64,000 nt of DNA, from NCBI GenBank assembly GCA_913055635.1, contig CAJXLK010000005.1, forward strand, positions 68,728-132,727, in the 5' to 3' direction. Each line of letters begins with the position of its first letter. Position 1 is the first letter of the stretch. Origin of the DNA: an uncultured Bacteroidota bacterium. GTDB lineage: Bacteria > Bacteroidota > Bacteroidia > Bacteroidales > UBA12077. A program made the position numbers and the translations under genes. Below are positions 1 to 9,162 of the stretch, piece after piece. The notes beneath the pieces were generated by a model. The model searched no databases. It saw nothing but the letters and a program-made list of their open reading frames with translations, and was not told the origin of the DNA.

Positions 1-3000
1 GTCGGCAAATTCATAGGTCAATTCTCCCCGGACCGTGGAAGAGGGTTGGTATTTGAACGAAAAGCGCTCTTCCAGGCTTTGAAGCCGGTAGTTTCGGTTG
101 TCGAAGAATTCACTTCGGTAGCCTTCTTGCGAAAGCGAAGCCTTATTTAAAAGGTTGATTGAAGGGGTCAGATTGACCCCTACATGAAGTCCTTGCTTTT
201 TATGATGGGTCATTTTTGACCCGTTCATCATCAAAGATTTGTTTTGACTCTTTAAGAAGATATAATCGAGGCGATAATTGGCGTGGTTTTTATTAAAAGA
301 GAGGGTGTTTTTCAGGTTGGAGCTTTGAGAGAGGACATCGGGGTTATCAATAGAATAAGCAAACGGGTTAAGGTTTTTCCAGAAATGATCCTGGCGGTTT
401 TTTCTTCGGATGCGAAAGGCCAGCTGGTTTGAAAACCGGCTGGCGAGGCGGCCGATCCAGCTGGTATCGCCGATGGCTCGCCCCGGGTTGAGGTTGATCA
501 CCTGGTTGAAACCATGGGTATGGGTTTGGTAGTATTCGCCGGTGGGGCGGTAAAGCCTCAGATAATCGGCCTGGTCCTGGAAACGGGCTTTCTCAAATTC
601 ATCCAGCTCCTTGACGTTGTTGTCATTGTAGTCGGTCCAGGTATAAACGCCCTGTCCGTCGGAGACTTCTATGTAGGTATATTCTTTTCTGGGCTGCAAA
701 CCCGAGCCGACCTCCAAATGGGTGGAGCTGGAAAGCAGGTTGTTGAACAGGTGCATGCTGTGTTCAATGCGCCCCAGCAGGTGATCTTCCGGCTTCATCG
801 GACTGAGGCTGGTGTCTGCAATGGTAAGGCGGCGGTAGGTGATCCGGGCCTGGAAGGTTTGCTTTTCCAGGGAATGGATCTTCACCCCGATGTTGAAGTC
901 TCTCCCTGTATTGGCAGGTCTTAGTCTGTTGGCATCGGCCCTTTGATCATGCCTGATCTGATAATTCATGAAATATTGATTGGTCAAGGAATCCGGGCTT
1001 TTCAGGTAAAATTTCCATTGATTGAAGGCGAAGCTTTGTCCCATCAGGGTATCGCCCTGCCAGGTGTTGTATTCGCCTTTGTTTTGAATACCCGCTGTCA
1101 GCGCACTGAAGTGTTTGCTCAGGTGGGCCTTGTATCGGATAAAATCGGAGTGACTTTGCCGGCCACGGGTTTTCAGCAGGTTGCCTTGCAGCTCCAGTTG
1201 GTAGGAGGCGTGCTGTAGGTTTGTATTCAGCCGGTTTCGGTACCCCTGGTATCCGTTCTGATAGCCCAGGTATTCGAATTGGTAGTTGGCCTGTCCCAAC
1301 TGATGGTTCCAATAGCGGAGGCCGCCGGAGACCAGGTGCTCATGGCCTGAGACCTTTCGGTGGCGAAGGTTCCAGTTGCGGTCAAATTCCACGGCGCGGA
1401 ACCGCTCTATGGGGGTGAAATTTTTGTGTACGCCCCGGTAAGAGAGGGAAGTGATTAATTGGGCCCGGCTGGTGTCACGCGCCAGCATTTGCCGGTCAAG
1501 GTCGAGATGCAGGGCATAGCCCTTATTGTCTGCCTGATCAAGCGAGGAAAAGGTGTTGCGGTCATGGTTCGACAGGGCCATTTCAAAGTTGCCCCGAATC
1601 CCCGAAGTCAGCTTCCCTGAACCTCCGAAGGTAAGCATTTGTTGTTGCCGGGGGGCAACCAGCTGGCGCATAGGGGTATATCGGCCCTGGGGTTTTCCCT
1701 CGACCGGTGCCACCCACTGGTAAACCCGCCCGTTGGCAGCGCTCTTTTTGAGTACATAATTGCCCCGGTTTTCGCCGGCATACGAAAAACCCACCTTTAA
1801 ACGGGCCTTTTGCGGATGGGTTGAGCGACGATAAATGGAATAGCGCTTGCCCCCAACCACAGTATCCTGCCTGCGATAGAGAACCATGTCGTTGTTATAG
1901 CCGGTGGTGTCCACGTAGGGCACCACGGCCCGCTCCATATCATCCCCTGCCCTCGAGAGTATTCTTTTCTCATGGGTGGTCAAATCCTGGGCCAGTGTCT
2001 GGTTTTTGCTGTCCTTTTGTGTGAAGACATTCAGCCACAAAGATCCGCTGTTTGTCTTGATCCGGTTTTGCGTAAAAGCCAGGAAGCGGTTGTAGGTCCG
2101 CATGGAATATTCGAATTCCACGCGGATCCTTTTGTCCTTAGTGATGGGCTGATTGGGCGTAAAGGTGATCTCTGCCGTGTTGTAATTGATCAGGTAGTCG
2201 TGATTTTTGCCCCTTTTCATCAACTGGCCGTTGATGTATACCCTTTCGCTCCCCGAAAGGATGATGATATGGGGCTCATTCTTACACCCGGTTAAATGAT
2301 AAGGCCCCTGATTCCCTTCTTCTCCCTGGATGCGTTTGGTGCAGTGGCGGCCACGCGATATCGCCCCGCTCACCGAACTAACCGCCCGGGTCTGGCTCAG
2401 GGGTTGATAGTGTTGACGCACCCGGGCTCCTTGCACCTTCTTGTTCAATCGCATGAAATAGCCCTGGTTGTTGGATATTTCAAAATCACCCCCCGTCACA
2501 CGGGTCTGATCATTGTATACCTCCAGAAAAACCCGGTCAAGTTCCTTGATCTGCTGGGTGGTGCCGTCGGGTTGAATCGGAACGTTCCGGTCCGATAACA
2601 CCCCCCTGATGCTTAAATTGTTGGTCAGTTCTCCCGAGAGCTGAAGATCCATGCCTGAATTGACCACCGCATCCTGATTGTTGCCAATGCTTAATGCCCT
2701 TGAAATGCTGCCGGATTGAATGATGTTGGCCGAGGCAAAGGACAGGGGCCCCCGTGATTCCTTCTGCCGGCTGATCTTTTGCCAGGTGAACACCCGCTCG
2801 GGAATTTGCCCGACTTGTTCGATGTTTTTATGAAAATAGGATTCACTCAGGGATGCGGGCAGTATCCGGTATTTAAGCACCAATTGGGAATGGTCTTGCT
2901 GAAGTTTTTCCGATACAACCAGCATGCTTTTCCAGGGCAATACCGTGTATTCTGTATGATCTACCGCTTGCTGCAAGGGATCCAGCACCTGCATGCTACC

Positions 3001-3156
3001 GGCTACTGTGGCCAGGGTGTCGTATTGAATCGTGTCGCGGTTGGCTTGAATGGTGGTGGTTCGTATATTATCCAGTTCCTGCGAAACCACTTCCCCCGAA
3101 AGGAGGGCATTCATGAAAACGCAAAGGAAGAATATGATGAAAGTGCGTGGAACCAT
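1..3156 (-). CDS. Large secreted/outer-membrane-type protein, N-terminal 1052 codons; the C-terminus lies beyond the window start. Function unknown.
   Basis: It is absent from the ORF track because it runs off the edge. Manual minus-strand translation from the ATG at 3156 gives MVPRTFIIFFLCVFMNALLSGEVVSQELDN... (signal-peptide-like). The frame stayed open in every segment I checked (3156-2221, 1800-1741, 1440-1381, 960-901, 480-421, 69-1). No competing ORF over 140 aa exists in 1-3170. Beta-strand-rich, barrel-like sequence near the end (...FSFKYQPSSTVRGELTYEFAD). Confidence 0.65.
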   Translation of the reverse strand, partial: MVPRTFIIFFLCVFMNALLSGEVVSQELDNIRTTTIQANRDTIQYDTLATVAGSMQVLDPLQQAVDHTEYTVLPWKSMLVVSEKLQQDHSQLVLKYRILPASLSESYFHKNIEQVGQIPERVFTWQKISRQKESRGPLSFASANIIQSGSISRALSIGNNQDAVVNSGMDLQLSGELTNNLSIRGVLSDRNVPIQPDGTTQQIKELDRVFLEVYNDQTRVTGGDFEISNNQGYFMRLNKKVQGARVRQHYQPLSQTRAVSSVSGAISRGRHCTKRIQGEEGNQGPYHLTGCKNEPHIIILSGSERVYINGQLMKRGKNHDYLINYNTAEITFTPNQPITKDKRIRVEFEYSMRTYNRFLAFTQNRIKTNSGSLWLNVFTQKDSKNQTLAQDLTTHEKRILSRAGDDMERAVVPYVDTTGYNNDMVLYRRQDTVVGGKRYSIYRRSTHPQKARLKVGFSYAGENRGNYVLKKSAANGRVYQWVAPVEGKPQGRYTPMRQLVAPRQQQMLTFGGSGKLTSGIRGNFEMALSNHDRNTFSSLDQADNKGYALHLDLDRQMLARDTSRAQLITSLSYRGVHKNFTPIERFRAVEFDRNWNLRHRKVSGHEHLVSGGLRYWNHQLGQANYQFEYLGYQNGYQGYRNRLNTNLQHASYQLELQGNLLKTRGRQSHSDFIRYKAHLSKHFSALTAGIQNKGEYNTWQGDTLMGQSFAFNQWKFYLKSPDSLTNQYFMNYQIRHDQRADANRLRPANTGRDFNIGVKIHSLEKQTFQARITYRRLTIADTSLSPMKPEDHLLGRIEHSMHLFNNLLSSSTHLEVGSGLQPRKEYTYIEVSDGQGVYTWTDYNDNNVKELDEFEKARFQDQADYLRLYRPTGEYYQTHTHGFNQVINLNPGRAIGDTSWIGRLASRFSNQLAFRIRRKNRQDHFWKNLNPFAYSIDNPDVLSQSSNLKNTLSFNKNHANYRLDYIFLKSQNKSLMMNGSKMTHHKKQGLHVGVNLTPSINLLNKASLSQEGYRSEFFDNRNYRLQSLEERFSFKYQPSSTVRGELTYEFAD

Positions 3157-3269
3157 CTGAACCGCTCTTGAAAAGCAATGTATTATAATTATCAACGAAG
3201 GTAAAGACAAATTATTTAATGGGCATCATCCACCATGGATCTGCCGGCATCCGGATTCTGTTTTCGGGC

Positions 3270-3494
3270 TTACTTTTCAGCTTCTGTCGGGATTATTTGA
3301 AGACCCTTTCGACGCGCTTGCTTTGTTTGCTTTTTTAGGCTTTTTAGCATTTTCTCGGCGGTTTTTCTTTTGAAGAATTGCCTCTTAGTCACTTGTTCAA
3401 TTCTTGGTGGAGCTTTGTTTGTCAGTCCTTTATGGTTCATGTAATACATGAGATAGGTTTTAGGCCTCTGAATAAATTTTCGCCATTTTTTCAC
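3270..3494 (-). CDS. Small, very basic hypothetical protein (74 aa)
   Basis: ORF of 74 aa rich in K/R (MKKWRKFIQRPKTY...KKQTKQARRKG), sitting between the large minus-strand gene and divergent waaA. No recognisable motif, so it could be spurious. Confidence 0.3.
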   Translation of the reverse strand: MKKWRKFIQRPKTYLMYYMNHKGLTNKAPPRIEQVTKRQFFKRKTAEKMLKSLKKQTKQARRKGLQIIPTEAEK

Positions 3495-3535
3495 CCTTTT
3501 ACTTTACAAACCATTACTTTTGCAAGGCAAAGCCC

Positions 3536-4777
3536 ATGGTCATGCGTGTGTTGTATCTTTTATCCCTCAGGTTTTTTCATTTTGCAGTCCTGGTCAGTAG
3601 TTTGTTTCACAATAAAGCCCGCCTGTTTGTCCGGGGCCGGCGGGGTCTTTTTCGGGATCTACAGCAAGCGGTTGCCGGCTGGCAGCAGGTGGTGTGGTTC
3701 CATTGTGCTTCGCTGGGTGAATTTGAACAGGGACGTCCCGTGATTGAGCAGATCAAACAATCCCATCCCCATGTGAAAATCCTGCTCACCTTTTTTTCAC
3801 CCTCCGGCTATCAGGTGCGCAAAAATTATGCGTTCGCCGATTATGTCACCTACCTGCCGGTCGATGGACCCCATGCAGCCCGAAGATTTGTGGATATAGT
3901 AAGGCCCGATCAGGTTTTTTTCATCAAGTATGAATATTGGTACTACTTCCTGCGGGCTTTGTACAAGCGGCAAGTACCTGTTTATTTAATTTCGGCCATT
4001 TTCCGTCGCCACCAGGTGTTTTTTAAATGGTATGGGGGTTGGTTCCGCCGGATGCTACGTTTTTTCACCCACCTGTTCGTTCAGGATGAAGCTTCCGCCG
4101 ATTTGTTGAAGCATTACCGCATCACCCAGGTAACAGTTTCCGGGGATACCCGTTTCGATCGGGTTCGCCAGGTGGCCGGATCTGCCCGGGCATTGCCTTT
4201 GGTGGAGCAGTTTAAAGGTGGTCACTTTTTGTTGGTGGCCGGCAGCACCTGGCCCGCTGATGAAGAATTGCTGGCCCGGTATTTCCAAAACACCTCCCAT
4301 GATTATAAAATGCTGCTGGCTCCCCATGAAGTGCATGAGCAACATATCCAACGGATTATGAACAGGTTTAACCCGGATGAACTTGTGCGCTGGTCAGAGG
4401 CTGCCGCTGAAAAAATGACCCGGGCCCGTGTGTTGGTGGTCGATGCCATCGGCCTGTTGTCCTCCCTCTATGGATATGGCAACCTGGCTTATGTCGGGGG
4501 AGGCTTCGGCAATGGCATCCATAATATCCTGGAGGCTGCCACCTATGATATACCTGTGATCTTCGGCCCCAATTACCATAAATTCAAAGAGGCCCTCGAC
4601 CTTGCCCGCCTCGGAGGAGCATTTCCCCAACATAATTATCAAAACTTCCCCGGATTGATGGATGATTTGTTGGAAAACCCCCGGAAGCTGAAATCTGCAG
4701 GGCAAATAGCCGGAGATTACGTAAGAAGGCAGGCCGGGGCCACCCGCGTGATCCTGTCGAAGGTCGCCTTCTATTAA
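3536..4777 (+). CDS. waaA: 3-deoxy-D-manno-octulosonic acid (Kdo) transferase
   Basis: 413 aa. N-terminal membrane anchor followed by WFHCASLGEFEQGRPVIE. C-terminal VGGGFGNGIHNILEAATYDIPVIFGPNYHKFKEA. These are typical KdtA/WaaA glycosyltransferase N and C motifs. Confidence 0.85.
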   Translation: MVMRVLYLLSLRFFHFAVLVSSLFHNKARLFVRGRRGLFRDLQQAVAGWQQVVWFHCASLGEFEQGRPVIEQIKQSHPHVKILLTFFSPSGYQVRKNYAFADYVTYLPVDGPHAARRFVDIVRPDQVFFIKYEYWYYFLRALYKRQVPVYLISAIFRRHQVFFKWYGGWFRRMLRFFTHLFVQDEASADLLKHYRITQVTVSGDTRFDRVRQVAGSARALPLVEQFKGGHFLLVAGSTWPADEELLARYFQNTSHDYKMLLAPHEVHEQHIQRIMNRFNPDELVRWSEAAAEKMTRARVLVVDAIGLLSSLYGYGNLAYVGGGFGNGIHNILEAATYDIPVIFGPNYHKFKEALDLARLGGAFPQHNYQNFPGLMDDLLENPRKLKSAGQIAGDYVRRQAGATRVILSKVAFY

Positions 4778-4908
4778 ATCCCTCACCCTTCTTGGGTTGG
4801 GAAAATGTTAAAACGTGTTAATAAATTGCTAACAATTTCATAATATTTACTGGAAGCCAGCTTGGTTTTATCGAATAAATTTGCGGGCGATATTCTTAAT
4901 GTTCAAAA

Positions 4909-7482
4909 ATGGTAATCATGAAACACAGATTTTTAGTTCTACTGATTATGGCGCTGGTGGTTGCTCAAGGATCACTGGCACAGAGTGTTTTAAAAGGAAA
5001 AGTGGTCGACAACAGCGATGGTTCGCCTCTGATCGGCGCCACGGTTGTTGTAAAAGGTACCTCCCAGGGTACGGCCACCAACCTGGACGGGACATTCTCA
5101 CTTCAAACCCCCACGGGCGATTTGTCCATCAAAGTGAGCTATGTGGGATACATATCCAAAAGCTTTGATTTTACCCTTTCCGAAGGCCAAACCAAGGAGA
5201 TGGGTACGATTGCCCTGAAATCCAGTTCCATCGGACTGGATGAGGTAAAAGTTGTGGCCAATTTTGCCCGGGATCGTGAAACGCCGGTGGCTGTCTCTAA
5301 AGTGGAGCCGGTGAGGATCCAGGAGAAATTGGGCACCAAGGAGCTGCCTGAATTGATGAAATCGACCCCGAGTGTTTATGCCACAAAGGAAGGTGGCGGA
5401 TTTGGCGATTCCCGGATCAATGTCAGGGGATTCAGCCAACAGAACGTAGCGGTTTTGATTAATGGGGTGCCGGTCAATGATATGGAAGGCGGCGAAGTAT
5501 ACTGGAGCAACTGGGCCAACCTGGCTGATGTGACCAAAACCATCCAGGTGCAGCGGGGATTGGGTGCTTCGCAGCTGGCCATTTCTTCGGTGGGCGGTAC
5601 CATGAACATCATTACCCAGTCGACCGATGCTGAGCGTGGCGGAACCGTTTACCAGTCCATCGGCAATGACGGCTACAGCAAAACTTCTTTCAGCCTCTCG
5701 ACCGGTCTGATGGACAACGGATGGGCCGTCACCCTGCAGGGCAGCAAAAGCAGCGGCAATGGCTTTGTCAATGCCACCAATTTCCGCTCCTATTCCTATT
5801 TCTTTAACATCTCCAAGCGGATCAATGAAGATCACCGCCTGTCACTGACCGGCTTTGGCGCTCCCCAGTGGCACAACCAGAGAAGTACCCCCCAGCATGT
5901 CAACGAATGGCGCAACCATGAAGAGGGCATCCAGTACAATGCCGATTATGGCTATTTGAACGGGGAGATCTATAACACCGGATATGCCTATAATAAATAC
6001 CACAAACCGCAGTTCTACCTGAACCACTATTGGACCATCAACAAAAACACCTCACTGCACACCTCAGCTTATGCTTCCATCGGCAGAGGCGGAGGAAGAA
6101 GGGTAGACGGTCCCAACGACAAATGGTTGTCTTTCTCCTATCCCGAAGGTGAACCCTACCAGTCCACCAAACTCACCCCCCAGGGTTACCTCGACTATGA
6201 TGCAGTGATTCAAGAAAATCAAGCTTCCAGAACCGGTTCCAAAGCCATCATGACCATGGCCCGTAACGAGCACGACTGGTATGGCGTTCTTTCCACGTTC
6301 AATACTAAGTATGCCAACATTAACATTACAGCCGGTTTTGACGGTAGGTATTACAAAGGCTACCATTATACCGAGATCTCCAACCTGCTGGGTGGCGACT
6401 ATTACCTGGATAACAGCAATATTAACCGGGACCCGGCGAAGCCTCTGGCTGAGGGCGATAAGATCAATTATTACAACCTGGGCGAAGTCTTGCGCGAAGG
6501 TGTATTCCTCCAGGGCGAATATGTTACCGCCGATTATTCGGCTTTCCTTTCCGGTACGGTTTCCAACAAATCCTACCGCCGCGTAGATTATTTCCAGTAT
6601 GAACCGGGCAATCAAACCTCTGACTGGGTTAATTACCTGGTTTATAGTGCAAAAGGCGGTGTTAACTACAACATCAACGATCAGCACAATGTCTTTGCCA
6701 ATGGCGGTTATTTTACCCGTGCCCCCTTCTTTACCACCAGCTTTGTGGGTTATACCAATGAAATCAATGAAGGGGCCAAACTTCAGGAGATCCTCTCTAC
6801 GGAAGCCGGTTATGGTTACCGCTCTAAACACCTGAAGGTTGATCTGACTGCTTTCCGCACGGTATGGATGAACAAAACCCTTACCCGCCGGTTGAATAAT
6901 AATGAGATGGCCAACCTTACCGGGCTGAATGCCATCCACCAGGGCATTGAGTTGGAGACCACCTACAAGCCTACCGAAAAGCTGAATATTAAAGGAATGT
7001 TTTCCATGGGCGATTATCGCTGGGATGACAATGTGGTGGCCGACATTTACAATGACCAACAGGAAAAGGTTGGCAACATTTCAGTCTATGCCAAGGATGT
7101 GCGCCGTGGCAATACGGCCCTGACCACCGGTTTTATTGGCGCCAGCTATTGGGTGCTGCCTGATCTGAAGGTTGGGGCCGATGCCTATCATGCCGCCGAC
7201 ATTTTTGCCCAGTTTGATATCGAAGGCCGTACTACGCCTGAATCACAAGGCGTCGATCCATGGGAAATGCCCAGTTACACCCTGGTTAATGCCAATGTGC
7301 GCTGGGATTTTGACCTGGGCGATTTTGAGGCCACCCTTTATGGCAATGTCGATAACTTGCTGGATACCAAATACATCTCGGATGCCAACGACCTGGCCGA
7401 TTCCGACCATACCGGCAGCACTGCCACCGTATTCTACGGCTGGGGCCGCAGCTGGAACCTGGGCCTGAAATTCAGATTTTAA
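4909..7482 (+). CDS. TonB-dependent receptor with N-terminal carboxypeptidase-regulatory-like domain
   Basis: 857 aa with a signal peptide. VLKGKVVDNSDGSPLIGATVVVKGTSQGTATNLDGTFSL is CarbopepD_reg-like. A plug region follows (RINVRGF...VLINGVPVND). Long beta-barrel ending in WNLGLKFRF with a terminal aromatic residue. Confidence 0.9.
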   Translation: MVIMKHRFLVLLIMALVVAQGSLAQSVLKGKVVDNSDGSPLIGATVVVKGTSQGTATNLDGTFSLQTPTGDLSIKVSYVGYISKSFDFTLSEGQTKEMGTIALKSSSIGLDEVKVVANFARDRETPVAVSKVEPVRIQEKLGTKELPELMKSTPSVYATKEGGGFGDSRINVRGFSQQNVAVLINGVPVNDMEGGEVYWSNWANLADVTKTIQVQRGLGASQLAISSVGGTMNIITQSTDAERGGTVYQSIGNDGYSKTSFSLSTGLMDNGWAVTLQGSKSSGNGFVNATNFRSYSYFFNISKRINEDHRLSLTGFGAPQWHNQRSTPQHVNEWRNHEEGIQYNADYGYLNGEIYNTGYAYNKYHKPQFYLNHYWTINKNTSLHTSAYASIGRGGGRRVDGPNDKWLSFSYPEGEPYQSTKLTPQGYLDYDAVIQENQASRTGSKAIMTMARNEHDWYGVLSTFNTKYANINITAGFDGRYYKGYHYTEISNLLGGDYYLDNSNINRDPAKPLAEGDKINYYNLGEVLREGVFLQGEYVTADYSAFLSGTVSNKSYRRVDYFQYEPGNQTSDWVNYLVYSAKGGVNYNINDQHNVFANGGYFTRAPFFTTSFVGYTNEINEGAKLQEILSTEAGYGYRSKHLKVDLTAFRTVWMNKTLTRRLNNNEMANLTGLNAIHQGIELETTYKPTEKLNIKGMFSMGDYRWDDNVVADIYNDQQEKVGNISVYAKDVRRGNTALTTGFIGASYWVLPDLKVGADAYHAADIFAQFDIEGRTTPESQGVDPWEMPSYTLVNANVRWDFDLGDFEATLYGNVDNLLDTKYISDANDLADSDHTGSTATVFYGWGRSWNLGLKFRF

Positions 7483-7532
7483 TTCATCATACACTGACAA
7501 GCATATTTTAAAAACTTCATGCTTAAAACTTC

Positions 7533-8909
7533 ATGACCATGATTAGAAAATTTCTCTTTCTTTCAATAATCGCAGGTCTTTTGATGGCCGGGTGCAACCC
7601 CAACGAGGAGCTCTATGACCGGCTCGACGAGAAGACCTCCGATGCATATACCGAAACGTTTGACTATACCCTGAAAAAGGGTGACTACTCAACCATTACG
7701 GATCTGGCCCTCGAGGATGCCACCACGGCCAAAGATTCCAGCCGGATCTCCAACATTGACCAGTACAACGCTTTTGCCGATGAGTTCAAGGCCGCCAATT
7801 ATATTCCCAAGTTTCTGGGCCAAAAGTTCCAGGCCCTTGACCAGGGTTCGGCCATCAGTGTGACCTATCATCATTTGGGCAGCCTGGGCTTGCTGGGCCG
7901 GTTTTCCGAGGCCGAATCCTACACCCTGACCGAGGCCGATTATGATTCGATGGGGGAAGGTGAATATGAACCCGGAGAATATGATAATTTTTCCGGAAGC
8001 GTTCCCCCGGAGGATTACCTGCCCGATTTTCTTGCCGGCAAATATCCCGAAGCCCAGGAAGGCGATATGGTTGCTGTTACTTATGACTTCTATAAAGGCG
8101 GAGGCGTAGTGGCCACCCTGACCGACTATTATCAGTTTAAAGAAAGCAACTGGCAAGTGGTGCCCAATACCTATGTCTTAACCACTGGCGACTATGATTC
8201 CATGGGAGCTCCGGGCAACTATGACAACTTCAGTGATGATGTGCCCCCGGAAGACTATCTGCCCACCTTCCTGGAGGAAAAGTTCCCTTACGCCGAGGAA
8301 GGTGATCAAAAATATGTGGTCTATGCCTACTATGCAGGGTATACAGAAGTCAGGGCCAAACGCTATACCTATAACGGCTCCGAATGGAAATCCTATAAAA
8401 CGGTCTCCAACCAGTTTATCCATGGAGATGAAAAATGGGTCTTTGATCCGACCGTGGGCTTTGAAATGGCTTCATCTGATTATCAGCTGATTGTTGACGA
8501 GCGGGATTCCAAATATATCAATGAATATGGCACCGGTGAGTTTTATTCCGGAGCCGATTCCTACCACAGCAACTTTAGCCTGGTAATAGAAGACCGAATC
8601 GAATTTGACGCTGAAACGTTTGAAGGCATCAGCACGGAAGAGGCCCAAAATATTATGTGGGAGCGCATCCTTAAGAAACCCGACGAGCCCATGGCCACCC
8701 GCGGGGGCCTGATCGTGATGCTGCAAAAGAAATTTCCCGACGCACAACCAACGAAAAACGGAGTAGATGTGTATTATGAGGTGACTTTCGACACCTATAA
8801 CAACGATCGCAGCAGCTCAACCTATACGGCCAGGTATCAATGCACCGCCGCAGGTGATCCTGCTGAATTTAAATATGTGGAAAGCAACACCCCCTACAGC
8901 AGCGAATAG
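7533..8909 (+). CDS. Surface lipoprotein with a threefold internal repeat, partner of the upstream TonB-dependent receptor
   Basis: 458 aa with lipobox LLMAGC. Three copies of a Y-x-L-T-x-x-DY ... YLP-FL-KFP ... VTY module lie at aa 45-113, 130-187 and 214-267. It starts 50 nt after the TBDR stop on the same strand. Confidence 0.75.
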   Translation: MTMIRKFLFLSIIAGLLMAGCNPNEELYDRLDEKTSDAYTETFDYTLKKGDYSTITDLALEDATTAKDSSRISNIDQYNAFADEFKAANYIPKFLGQKFQALDQGSAISVTYHHLGSLGLLGRFSEAESYTLTEADYDSMGEGEYEPGEYDNFSGSVPPEDYLPDFLAGKYPEAQEGDMVAVTYDFYKGGGVVATLTDYYQFKESNWQVVPNTYVLTTGDYDSMGAPGNYDNFSDDVPPEDYLPTFLEEKFPYAEEGDQKYVVYAYYAGYTEVRAKRYTYNGSEWKSYKTVSNQFIHGDEKWVFDPTVGFEMASSDYQLIVDERDSKYINEYGTGEFYSGADSYHSNFSLVIEDRIEFDAETFEGISTEEAQNIMWERILKKPDEPMATRGGLIVMLQKKFPDAQPTKNGVDVYYEVTFDTYNNDRSSSTYTARYQCTAAGDPAEFKYVESNTPYSSE

Positions 8910-8938
8910 GGTGCATCAGTGAAAGACTTAAACTTGTT

Positions 8939-8970
8939 GGGTCTCCTGGTTGTTGCCGGGAGACCCTTTT
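8939..8970 (+). terminator. Rho-independent terminator after the TBDR-lipoprotein pair
   Basis: GGGTCTCCTGG (8939-8949) pairs with CCGGGAGACCC (8956-8966) with one G-U pair, around loop TTGTTG. It is followed by TTTT (8967-8970), 30 nt after the stop at 8909. Confidence 0.65.
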
Positions 8971-9162
8971 ATTATCTTCCCCGGAATGACCATTCATGTC
9001 CGGCTCCATGAATAGGGGGCCTCTTTTTTTCATCCCGTATAATGCACCCGATTACCTTCTGGCACGGGTTGGCCAATAAAAAGAAGCAGGCTGAGGCCAT
9101 ACGATTTTTTTATCATCAAAAAATCCGTTTATTTTGTATCCCTATTCTGATCTGAACCAGCC

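Noticed and set aside
5098-7059. Long minus-strand ORFs (245 aa at 5098-5835 and 331 aa at 6064-7059) inside the TonB-dependent receptor gene.
   Set aside because: They lie entirely antisense to a gene with strong family motifs. Their translations are low-complexity (G/V/I-rich) with no motif, signal peptide or independent start context. They are typical shadow ORFs.
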